Assembly: GCF_902713615.1 (NCBI RefSeq) | Contig: NC_052164.1 | Coordinates: 95,403,898-95,467,897, forward strand | DNA: 64,000 nucleotides | Reading direction: 5' to 3' | Source of the DNA: Scyliorhinus canicula | Taxonomy: Eukaryota | Part shown: positions 25,625 to 38,500 of the stretch, one piece after another | Layout of the letters: every line of letters begins with the position of its first letter | How positions within the stretch are numbered: position 1 is the stretch's first letter | The notes under the pieces: model-generated | What the model saw: only the letters and a program-made list of their open reading frames with translations | The model's database searches: none | Told to the model about the DNA's origin: nothing | Made by a program: the position numbers and the translations under genes

Positions 25625-26410
25625 TTGTTTCACAGTGCCAGGGTCACAGGTTCGATTCCCCGCTGGGTCACTGTCTGTGTGGAGTCTGCACGTTCTCCCC
25701 GTGTCTCCGTGGGTTTCCTCCGGACGCTTCGGTTTCCTCCCACAGCCCAAATATATGTGGTTTAGGTGGATTGGCCATGCTAAAATTGTCCAAAAAGGTT
25801 GGGTGGGGTCACTGGGTTGAGGGGCTAGGGTAGAGGCGTGGGCTGAATGGCCTCTTTCTGCACTGTAAATTCTGTATACACCTCCTGCTGCCTCAGGAAG
25901 GCAGGCAGCATCATCAGAGACCCCTTCTTCCAGGCCCTTCCATCAGGCAGAAAGTACAGAAGTCTGAAGACTCCGCACATCCAGACATAGGAACAGCTTC
26001 TTTCCCCACAGCTACTAGACTCCTCACAGACTCTCCCTCGGACTGACCTATTCCCTGTAGAACACTATTCACGATGCCCTATGCTGCTCTTGCTCATGTA
26101 TTTGCTGTTGTTTGGCCCCTTGTTCCGCACTGTAACCAATCACTGTTTGTCGATGTACCATTTGTCAATGTTCCCTGTTGATTATCCTTTTATGTCTATT
26201 ATGTACGTACTGTGTCGTTCCCTCGCCGCAAAAAAATACCTTTTCTCTGTACTTCCGGTACAGGTGACAATAAATCAATCAAAATCTCCCCCCTGTGTAC
26301 CTGAACACGCGCCGGGGGAATGTGGCGACGAGGGGATTTCCACAGTAACTTAATTGCAGTGTTAATAATGTAAGCCTACTTGTGACACTAATAAAGGATT
26401 ATCATTATTA
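25625..26410 (+). mobile_element. Cluster: HE1 SINE, Rex1/Babar 3' end, SINE tail
   Basis: Similarity to other copies in this window. Confidence 0.75.
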
Positions 26411-26558
26411 GAGGACCCAATTAGTTTGCAAAAAGCACCTGGGTAATAGGAATCTTCTTGCATCTGATTTTCAAAACCTGGCTTTTTTTTCTCTGTTTAA
26501 ACAGCTGGAAAATGGGTGAGGTGTTGGAATTCCAGTGAATAAAACTGCGTCATATGCA

Positions 26559-29500
26559 ATGCATGTCAATCGCTGGAGTCGAGCTGAGGACGGGTGCAGT
26601 AGTGATCAGGAAGTTGACGCAGGTATTGGTGTCAAAGATCCCGCCCATGGAAAAGGAGCTGTTTATATTCAGAGATATATATATATACACACACAGATAA
26701 AAGGAAAGCATTCATCAGCGTTGCCCAGATTCCCCCAGTAGGTGCAGTGAAGGTGGAAGTGCCCCAGGTTTCTGCCTGGGTGCCTGCATTGAAGGCACAG
26801 CATGCTGTACAAGGTGACCAGCCCGGACAGCCTGCACGACCAGAGCAGCAACGACAGTGGCATAGACGACTGCTACCGGAGGAGCCACCGCTCCCCCCTG
26901 GCCTGGGAGGGTCCCCTCTCCTGCCGGCGACTGCTCGCAGCCAAGTCCCTCCTCTCACCCCTTTTGCCTCCTGGGACCCAGTGAAACCACCGCGGAGGAG
27001 AGCCAGGCTGGTAAGAGTCCTTCCTTGTCAGGACGCAATGTTATAACCCCAGCTGTAATGCAAAAGGTGCCACCGCCAACTGCAATGTGTTGGAAGTGCT
27101 TCAGGTTCCTTGGGATGGACAGGTTGTATCATTGCCGAGTGAAAATTGCAAATGAGCCTGCCCTGAAATGAATTGATAAACGAGGATGAAGAAACCCGAC
27201 AGGAGGGCTGGCTTGGAAGCAACTTTACTGCTGTGCTGGCACAAAGAATAAAATGATGTGCACAATGGTTAACATTGTGGCTTCACAGCACCAGGGTCCC
27301 AGGTTCGATTCCCCGCTGGGACACTGTCTGTGCGGAGTCTGCACGTTCTCCCGTGTCTGTGTGGGTTTCCTCCGGGTGCTCCGGTTTCCTCCCACAGGCC
27401 AAAGACGTGCAAGTTACGTGGACTGGCCATGCTAAATTGCCCGTAGTGATCAAAAAGGTTAGGAGGGAGTTATTGGGTTACGGGGATAGGGTGAAAGTGA
27501 GGGCTCAAGTGGGCCGGTGCAGACTCGATGGGCCGAATGGCCTCCTTCTGCACTGTATGTTCTATGTTCTATAATAAACTGGGGACTGACCTGATCAAGT
27601 CAAACATAAGCAAAGTGTGTCAAGCCAGTGTGAATGCTGCTGGAGTTTTAGACATAATAGTTCATTGCTCCAGCCTGTGCCTCTTTATTTATTTAAAGAT
27701 GGTCTATGATCATGTTATAAATTATGATTCTGGGGGTTATTTGTATCGTCATCACCAGTGGGCACCTGCCTCCCAGGTGATTTTCTTTTTGCAATAGACG
27801 AATGGACTCTCTATACATCACAAAAAAACAGGTTATCTGATCATTTGTTTCACTGCTATCCCTGGGGCCATACTGTGCTCAAATAGGTTGTCATATTCCC
27901 GACATCACAGAATTGTCAAAGGGCAGAAGGGGGCCATTCGGCCCGTTGTGTCTGCACCAGCTCTCCCAATGAGCACTGTGGCTCAGTTGGCAGTCCCCTG
28001 CCTTTTCCCCTCGTTTCTATTCAAGTAATAATCAAATGCCCCCTTGAATGCCTCGATTACAAGGGTACAAAATGCATCAAAGATTGTAAAGGGTTTTTGG
28101 GAGATGTTGAAGTCATGAAAGGTGCCATATAAATGCAAGTCTCTTTTCCCCAAGTGCTGGAGCTCAGAGCTTCAGGCAGACTTTACTTTGAAACCGTGCG
28201 GGTGTATGTTTGCTTTGACGTGAGCGATAAATGGTAGGGGCGGGAGGAGGGAGGAATAACGAACAGGATTGAGATAATGCTGAAGTGGTAATCACAGAAC
28301 AAGTTGGAATAATGCAAGGTGCTGCGCTTTGTAAAATACTGAACTCAGAAAGTTTGGAAATAGCTCAAATTCTTGGAAATAGCGCCGCTTAATTGGATCA
28401 GATATGTCCTGGAGAATTTAAAACTCTGCTATCTTTCAAGAATCGAGATTTGAAATAAGATTACCCTCTTTTTGAATTTCCTTTTGTCTATTTCACAGTT
28501 GGGCAGAAATCTGTTCTTCGTCATCTGCTCACTGCTACATTATTTTACCACAGAAATCATTTTTGCAGATATAATTTCCAAATTAGTATTACATCAAATT
28601 ATAGGTGGTTATTTTGTTTAACTTCAGTGCACTTCAACAAGGTGCAAATGAATGAACAGCATTGCTTTTGCTGTCCGAAATTAATGGAGCACTAAAGTGC
28701 CAACATTCTCAATTTTGGTGTAGTTTATGGCTATTGGTTTCTCGTTGATATACTGACTGCTCATTTTAAGGGTGGACTTTTGCTGGTGAGAATTGTACCA
28801 AAATTCTTATGCTGGTTTTTAATCAAAACTTACTTTTCTTAGGCTCAAAGAATCGTATAGATACGCTGTACCAAAAAAAATACTTGGGGGTAAGAGTCCG
28901 CCAGCCAGTCGAGATCTCCTTCGCAATTATCGCATGGCAAGGTGACGATTCCAGAGATAGGCAGGTATGGAGGGATATGTCTATTGCACCTGTACAGGCA
29001 GTTCCTCTTCTTCAGAGAGAATAGATTTCAGAATTTTAAGTATTAAATCACCATGCAACAACTATTAGCAGGGTTGGGGAAAATTGCGATAATCAGATCC
29101 GATTCTCGGGGGGGGGGGGGGGGGGGGGGGGCGGGAACAAGGTTTCTCTGACCTAGTGGTAAGGTATTTAAAGTGGGAAATTTTCTTTAATATTTGTTGG
29201 AAAACAGGTTTGAAATTAGGTTTTTAAGGAACTTTCATTCTGTTTCTTACAGCTAGATGTGGCCTGGAAATCGAATAATCGTAAGTGGCTCAATCGTCAG
29301 TAGCTTTAAAATGTCCTGCTTCAACGTACCTGATATTGTGCCTAACTTGCTTATTGGTGGCTCTATTGCAGTGAGAAGACGTGTGGTCCGAGAGGACTGT
29401 CCATGGTCATCCTTACACCACCAAACGGAAAAACAGGTACGCACTGTTAGGCTGCCAGAATTCACAGCTTGGAAAAGACAGCAAGGCCAGCATTGATGGC

Positions 29501-32500
29501 CCATGCCTGGCCTTCCAGAGAAGATGCTGATGGGCGTGCTTCTGCTTGAGTGTCAAGATATAGCCGGGTGACTTCCTCGGCCACTTTAGAGGGAAGTTAG
29601 TTGACCGTGGCACTGGAGTCACCCATTGACCAGGTAAAGATGGCAGGTTTCCGTCCCAGTCAACCAGTGGGTTTTGGTGACAATTGACAGCTTCATGGTC
29701 CCTCTTTGCAATATCAGCACTAACGTTTAAATTCCGGATTTTTCTTAAGCTGAATTCAAGTGCTTAAATTCTCATGGTCGGATTTGATTTGCATTAATAG
29801 GTGCTATTTTAATGGAGTGCTAAGCCCAGTCAAAGTGTGAAAATGTTGCACAGTGCGGGTTTTCTGATTCGTGTTTCTAATATCAGCAGTAAATAGTAAA
29901 TCGAAGGCCCAGAGTGAGGCTCTGGGGACCCAGGTTCAAATCCTGCCGTTGCAGATGGTGAAATTGGAATTTAAAAGTGTAATGATGGCCATGAAATCAT
30001 TGCGGATTGTCGGAAAAAACCATCTGGTTCACTACTGTCCTTTCGGGAAGGAAATAGGGGCTTTTCACAGTAATTCATGAAGCCTACTTGTGACATAAGT
30101 TATTATTATAAATCTGCCGTCCTGACCTGGTCTGGCCGACATGTGACTCCAGACACACAGCAATGTGGTTGACTCTTGACTACCCCTAAAGAGCAAGTAG
30201 GAGTGGGCACTAGATGCTGGCACAGCCTGTGATGCCCACATCCCATGAACAAATTTTAAAAAAGTTACAGAGCTTGTATCAAGACTGACTTTGCTGCCGA
30301 TTTTAAGAATGTTAAGGACATCTTGAATCCGTGATTGATTGCGACAGCTTTCTGTGAATTGATGCAATCTAATGATAGCTTCCAATTTTGTTTTTCTTTT
30401 TTCCCCAGAAGAAAACAAGCACTTTTCCACCAAGGAATTTTGAAGAGCTTTTTGAAGACTTGGTGGAAGTTCTGGAGACAGATCTGAAGCAAGGTTCCTA
30501 CCAGACTGTACCGAGCATATCAGAAATGGATTTCCAGGTGGGTTACTGCACTGGCTGCCCAGTCAGTTTCCCAGCTTCAAACACTGGAAATCAAGAGCTG
30601 CAAACTCACCAAGGAAACTTCCACCACCTTCCGAGCCACTTCTCCAAGGCTGATTCAACCTTCCCTGATCTGGTGTCGATAAACCCCAAACCTCCTTCAC
30701 ATTTGGAACCGGAGGCTTGGAACTTTTCGCCCGGTCAGTTAACGGTCTTCACGGATGAACACTGCGGGAACACCTCCGATGAAGAGTGTCAGCCCCGCTA
30801 TGCTCAAAATATCACGGGACAATCTCTACCTTGTTCCCCTTCTACCGAGGCAGACTGGTTTAGCCAGGCTGAACTGAACATATTCAGAACGGTAAAGCTC
30901 CACACGTTGAAATCAAGCATCTGCCAGACACCTCTCAACAGCAACATTCTTCCAATGATTCAGCCTTGTCTTTCTTCCAATTTCAACTGCGATATGTAGA
31001 GGATAACCTTTGCACTGTATCTATGCCGGAAATACTCTCTGTGGACAAGAATGGCAACACGTAAGTGCCTGCATTAATTGTAGATTTAGATCCAACAAAT
31101 ACCCAAGAAGAGATTTCATGATAGATTTTTTATAGCACTTGAAAATGGCCATTTGCCTAATTTGCTCGGTGCCAGGTCTTTGATGAGCTCGCCAACTAGT
31201 ATTGACTTACGGACTACGTACACTGCATACGGCTTTAGTTTAGGCAGATACCATGGTCGGTGCAGGCTTGGAGGGCTGAAGGGCCTCTTCCTATGCTGTA
31301 TTGTTCTTTGTTCTTAGTCCCACCCCATGCTTTCTTCCCTGCAGAAAAAACAATGTCTTTGGTAAAGTGAGAGCAGCTGATCATTAGATGATGCAGCCTA
31401 GTGCAAAGAGTGATTTAACAAATACTAGAATATTCTGCATGTGCCTGCTTAGCTCTGGGTGTTGTAACTTTGCGGCTGCCATACAGTCAGTGCTAAATGA
31501 TTACAGCAACAAGTTTTCAGGGGCTGTCAAACCCCGTCATTGTTTCTGCATTCAGATTAAGGAAATGGCCAGCCGCTTTGGTCTATCGCCCTGCAATGAA
31601 TTTTGCTTTTTGCCAGTTACTCATTTGAGACCACACCTTGTGCAGCGTCTCTACCCATCAAAGGCATGGTCTCAATTCTTATCGTTTATTGCTGCACATA
31701 TGTTAGGATTTTTTGAAGGAGTCGATGGTTGGGCCCCTATCCGGCACATATTAGAAAATGACGCACTTCAGTAAAGGACCTCACCTCCCTTTTCACACTT
31801 TCCTAAATAAATGCATAATACCAGAGATAATCCATTGTTTTTTTTCTTGGTAAATTCAAATATTTTATTTGGGCTTTGAATGAATAGCACAGGCGAATAG
31901 AACTGTTTACTGTGCATTTTTCCAAGGAATATGTTGATTCAGAGCTTTACAAATGAGGTGTGCACCGCGCCATTCCTCGAAATGTAATCTGCTTCTGTGT
32001 ATCTGGACATTTGACCTTTAAACAGTAGAGATAAAACAATGCGATCAGCTCTGATTAACTTTGCCTACGAGTTATTCAGTTGAATCACCTGGAAGTGAAT
32101 CATCCAATAATTGGAGGCGTCTTGAGATGAGTTTAATGCTTTAGTTGCAAAGAGTGATTCAGATTGCAATTATCACTTGACTGAATTATTAAGCACACCG
32201 AATTTTAGCTGGAAGATTAGATTCATTCAGAGCTTTGAATTGTCTGCCTTATTTTTTGCTTCACTGCCTTGTTTAATTATCAATAACAGAGCACCCTGTT
32301 TTTTAAAAAATTTCGACAGGATGTTGCATAATGCTGTTATTCAGGGAAAGCGAGCCTTGGCGTATAGCTTAGCTTGCAGGATGGCCACGTGGGCAGAATT
32401 GATGCGAAGGACTCCAGAGGCCGAGTAAGTCATTAGAAGTCTTCAAAGGAAGTTCGTTTTTTTTTTGCACTTTATCCTTTTCAGAATTATTTTCTGCCCT

Positions 32501-35500
32501 TGTGTTAATGGAGGCTTTTAGATTACAAAAATGTTGCAAACAAAACAAAAATGTTCACAAACCCACGACAATCAGATTTGTTCTCAATTAAGTCATGAGT
32601 TTAGAATATTGTTATCCTTCGTAAAAGAACTGCAGTTACTCGTGTAGATTACATTGTTTATTACCTTGGTTATTTGTGTAGATGCCATCGGTTATTTCAT
32701 TCTCAGATTAAGACAAGCTATCTCTGTCTAAATCTGTCTGGAGTTTGCACATTCTCCCCGTGTCTGCATGGGTCTCACCACAAGCCAAAGATATGCAGGC
32801 TAGGTGGATTGGCCACGCTAAATTGCCCTTTAATTGGAAAAAAGAAAATTGGGTACTCTAAATTTATTTTAAAAAGGCTACCTCAATCATGCTGACAATC
32901 AATTGAAAATGTGTTGTATGTATTTCATAAAGCCAAATTAAAATTGTTTGCAAGAGAAAGTGAGAGAGTATATATATTTATGTTGACCAAAATAAAAACT
33001 TACATGATCCAAAACTTTAAAAAGATAAAGAGTTAACTTTTTTTGTTGCAAATGTGGTCACTTAATTGTAAAAATATTTTGTTAAGAAGATCCATCTAAG
33101 CGGTATTTTGGGCCATAACTTCAGGCATTTGGGGGGGCACCTGAAAGATGAGCACGGAAATGTCACTTGGAAATTCCCAGGTCAGAGTTTGCACCAAAAT
33201 TGACCAGAAGGGCTGTGGGTAATTGCACTGTGCTGGGAACCGTCTGACAAAGTAATTTAAATTGCCAACTTCCGATTGTTCCCCCAAGGTTACACCAGTA
33301 GGGTGCGATTCTCTGACCCCCCTGCCGGGTCGGGGAATCGCCAGGGGCTGGCGTCAATCCCGCCCCCGCCGTGTCCCGAATTCTCCGCCACCAGAGATTC
33401 GGCGGAGGCGGGAATAGTGCCGCGCCAGTCAGCGGACCCACCCCCCGGCGATTCTCCGGCCCGCGATGGGCCGAAGTCCCCCCGCTGTCAAGCCTCTCCC
33501 ACCGGTGGGAATCCAAACACGTACCTGACCAACGGGACTGCGGCCCGGGCGGGCTCCGGGGTTCTGGGGGGGGCGCGGGCTATCTGGCCCCAGGGGGTGC
33601 CCCCACGGTCGCCTGGCCCGCGATTGGGGCCCACCGATCGGCAGGCGGGCCTGTGCCGGGGGGGGCACTCTTTTTCCCCCCTTCCCCTGCGCACTGCGCC
33701 GGTATGACGTCAGCAGATGCTGACGCTCCGGCGCATGCGTGGAATTATGCCAGCCGGCAAAGTCCTTTCGGCCCTGGCAGGCGTGGCGCCAAAGGCCGTT
33801 CACGCCATCCGGCAGAGCGCCAACCACTCCGGTGCGGGCCTAGCTCCTCAGTGTGAGGGCTTGGCCCCTAAGGTGCGGCCCGACGCCGGAGTAGGGGAGA
33901 ATCCCGGCCATAGTTACTCAAAAATTTAGGAAAATAAAATCTCTTCCAACTTACAGCGCAGTACAGGCCCTCGGCCCTCGATGTTGCACCGACATGGAAA
34001 AAAAAAACTAAAGGCCATCTAACCTACACTATGCCCTTATCATCCATATGCTTATCCAATAAATTTTTAAATGCCCTCAATGTTGGCGAGTTCACTACTG
34101 TTGCAGGTAGGGCATTCCACGGCCTCACCACTCTTTGCGTAAAAAACCCACCTCTGACCTCTGTCCTATATCTATTACCCCTCAATTTAAGGCTATGTCC
34201 CCTCGTGCTAGCCACCTCCATCCGCGGGAGAAGGCTCTCGCTGTCCACCCTATCTAACCCTCTGATCATTTTGTATGCCTCTATTAAGTCACCTCTTAAC
34301 TTCTCTCTAACGAAAAAACCTCAAGTCCATCAGCCTTTCCTCATAAGATTTTCCCTCCATACCAGGCAACATCCTGGTAAATCTCCCCTGCACCGTTCCA
34401 AAGCTTCCACGTCCTTCTATAATGAGGCGACCAGAACTGTACGCAATACTCCTGCGTAACTATTTTAAATACCCCCAGGCCGCTCCCCATACAGGACCCC
34501 CTCTCCACATCAACCCACCCCTGCCCCCCCACAATGTGCCTGATTCCCCAAGGGACACCCCCAACCCCTGAATAACCACGGTATTCCCATCCCATTGATC
34601 TCACCCCCCCCCCCCCCAGCCTTAGGATTCGCAACCGCATGGGACCACCACTCCAACCCCATCCCAAACCCACGACTCTCATCCTCGAGCCGCCTCTGGC
34701 TGAATCCCCCCCCACCTCTCGAACTGACCCCACAACCCAACCCAAAATCACGAAAAAGTGGATTTTTTTTGTTTCCTGTGGAGGGAGTGAGTTGGAACTT
34801 TAAGGTAATGTGTTGCAATATTTACTGTTTTCTTTGCACAGACTGCGCTGCACTTGGCCGCAGAAAGGAATCAGCACCTAATGGTGAGTGACCTCATCTC
34901 ACTGGGCGCCCAAATCAACGGGAGAGACTATTTGGGGAAAACCCCAGTGCATCTATGCGCAGAAAATGGATTCCTCCGGGTTTTACACGTAAGTAAAACA
35001 GTTCAGTGCCACTTCAGGCCAGTCCTAATCATCTCAGATTGTGAGTAATTATCACGATGGTCGCCCCGCCAGTAATCTCATTAACCATCATTTCCAGGTA
35101 ATAGAGAAAACCTTGAAGAACGGAGCAGTTGTGCACATTGATGCCGTTGACAATAATGGTAGGTATCCCTTTGCAGGCTCGAAATAATCCTTGTTTCATT
35201 GTCATGTTAATTATTTATGCATTTTAAAGTTCCTCGTGCAATTTAGGATGTGCAGATGACGGGCGCAAACTGTAATGGCCTATGTAAGCCAATTCTAATG
35301 CTTCAAGACAAGGAGTTCATGGAGTTCATGTTGATGGGATCAGGATCACATATGCAGTTTATGAAAACTCTCGGCAGCACCCGGAGAATTCTTTCAACGA
35401 TTGGGTGGGATTTGTTTTTGGCCCTATCCGCCAGCCAATGACGGTCCCCCGTGGCGAGTCCACTGGGCAGCGGGAAGGGTGAGCCACACAAAACACTGTA

Positions 35501-38500
35501 GACCTCGGCGGGACCGGAGGCAAGTCCTGCCGGCAATGAATGACCATAAGACCATTAGACATAGGAGCAGAATTAGGCCACTCGGCCCATCGTGTCTGCT
35601 CCGCCATTCGTTCATGGCTGGCATTTTTCTCATCCCTATTCTCCTGCCCCATGACCCCTGATCCCCTTATTAATCAAGAACCTATCTATCTCTGAATGGT
35701 GAGCCATCTCTACTGGTGGAAAATATACCACCTGTTTGGGGGGGGGGGGGGGGGTGGGCGGGTGGAGGGGGGGGGGGGGATGGGGGGTGGGGGGGGTTGA
35801 GCAGAAATTCCCACCCATTGAGTTGGAAAATCTGATTGAACAATACCTCAAAAATGTGGTGGTTACGTTGAAGCTGGAACCGAATTGTGTTCAAACCTTT
35901 ATGACTGGTGCTGCTTAGAATGTACTTCTATTGTATGTGCATCCCAAGTTTAAACTTGCACAAGAACTTCATAAACGCCCCATTAACTTCAGAGACTTTC
36001 AGACGGGGTCTTGCATGCACCCTGCTTTTGTTTTTTGGAAATTCAGTTCTAACTCATGCTTTTGATATTCACAGCTCCCAGCAAATGTGAATACTAATCA
36101 TCTACCTTTTGTTGTAAAGTTCTGACGCCGTTACACTGTGCGGTGTTGGCTCATGCTGCTGCAGTGAAAGAATTTGGGAACTCCGAGATGAACGGTAGCA
36201 CAAAGAGGTTCCTCACGTTGAGGAAGGAGCAGTGCTGGATGGAATGAGAAGCTTGCTGAGGATGGGATCTTCCCTCTCCATGCAGGTGGGACGGTCACTC
36301 CGGTCCCGGACCCTGCGTGCTTTATTTCATTTGGGTTCTGTGGGAGAAATCTGTTGCCGAAAAATATTGGGGTCAGGATAAAATAGCTACTGGATAATTT
36401 TTAAGGTTCAGTCCTTTCTCAGGATTGTTGTAAGCAAGACTTTTGATGGGTGCCCTGCCTGTGATTTTTTTCTATTTCTCCTCGTTAGACCAAGTAGAGT
36501 AAAAACAAAGTATTTATATAATGAGTTCCACCATCAAGGAACACCCCAAAGCGCTTGAGAGGAATGATAACAGACATTTGGCACTGAGCTACATAAAGAA
36601 TGAATCAAAGGCATAGTCAGAGGGTTTGCTTTAAAGAAGCACGTGAAAAGAGGAGGGACAGGAGGAGAGGTTTAGGGTCAGGATCCTAGAGTTTGGGCCC
36701 TGATCAGCTGAGGACACAGCGGCCAATGACAGAGAAGTGGAATTGAGGGATATACAAGAGTCCAGAACTGGAGGAATAAGGAAATGCTACCCTCGGATTT
36801 AAAACTTATTAGCACCATGGTTTTCAGCCCATTATACCTCACGCCTATGTTAATTCACAGCAAAGCAATTCATGGAGGACACAAATGAACATAGTAATGT
36901 GTCACGTTTGGTTCAAAAACACCAGGGGCTGGATTCTCCAGCCCGCTGCGCCACATTTCTGCCTCGACCCGCCGGCGGGATTCTGCGCTACGCCGGCGCT
37001 CAATGGGGTTGCCCACCGTGGGGCAACCTTTCGCCATCGGGAAACCCCCGGGCGCCAGCAAACGGAGTATCCAGCGGCGGAGAATCCTGGCCCATGTCTG
37101 CAACATTCATTTGGAGACCTTGACTGGAGACTGTACTTCTGTCATATTGGGCAAGGGTTCGGTTTGACATTAATGCAAATCTAGGAATCCAGCCAGCACA
37201 CTGTCCAGCCTGGGGACACTGTTCCGTGGGCAAAGTGTTGGAGCTGTGTTGGTACCAATGCAACATCGGCCAACAGTTTGGAGAGAGAAGGGGAGGGAGA
37301 CAGGGGAAGATTGAGGAATCTCCCCAGATGTGTGACTCTTCCTGTTCTTTCATTAAAGGATCTGAATGGACAAAGTGCCATCGATTACGCTGAGCAAGTA
37401 AATGACACCGAAGTTCTGAACTTCCTTAATGGCTATTTTGATAGAATGAAAGCCGCACATCACGAGGTACGTTTATTCAGTAGAACCAATTGAGCAGGTG
37501 ATATATTTATGTTTTTCATTTTAGCGAGGTATATACTCGCTAAAGTAAAATTTCAATCATTTACATCGGATGTGAATCTCTGCTCTCGTCTGTGGTGGGA
37601 CCCGTTGTGAGTGAGAATGGAACGTTCAGCGTTCCAGCCAAAACTCCATTCACTTTCCATTGCTGGAAAATCACAGCCACCAACAAGGACGGACGATTTC
37701 AACCGTTTTGCACCAAAGCATTAGGGCAGCACGGTGACATAGTGGCTAGGACTGCTGCCTCACAGCGCCAGGGACCCGGGTTCGATTCCGGCCACTAAGG
37801 GACAATTTCACGTGGCCAATTCACCAACCTGCATATATTTGGACTGTGGGAGGAAACTGGAGTACCCAGAGGAAACCAATGCAGACACGCGAAGAACGTG
37901 CAAACTCCACACAGACAGTCGCCCGAGGCCGGACTCAAACATGGGTCCCTGGGGGCAGCACGGTGGCCTAGTTGTTAGCATAGCTGCCTCATGGCGCTGA
38001 GGTCCCAGGTTCAATCCCGGCTCTGAGTCACTATCCGCGTGGAGTTTTCACATTCTCCCCGTGTCCGCGTGGTTTTTGCCCCCACAACCCAAAAATGTGC
38101 TGAGTAGGGGGGATTGGCCACACTAAATTGCCCCTTAATTGGAAAAAATAATTGGGTAATCTAAATTTATTTAAAAAAAAGAAACATGGGTCCCTAGCGC
38201 TGTGAGGCAGCAGTGCTAAGTACTGTGCCGCCGTGCCACCTCACTCCTGAACTACCCCCTCTACAACCTCCTGCGGCAGTGCGCAATGCACGTAAATGAA
38301 TATTTTTCAGCAGTGTTCAGTTCTCACAGTGTCGCTGTGAAAGTTAGGCATTTTGTAATTCCTGCATTTAAGCACTTCTGTGTGACTGAGAACTTGCAGC
38401 TTCCACACACACCTGACTCTGCAGTAGACTGCATAAACCTTTTTTTTTCTTGGTTGTTACTCAATAGGAAATTCTCTTTACTTCTTAGCTATCTTGCATA

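Noticed and set aside
29787-37180. Octamer motifs (ATTTGCAT at 29787, ATGCAAAT at 37173) as autoregulatory POU sites
   Set aside because: A few 8-mer hits are expected by chance in 64 kb, and others occur inside repeats.
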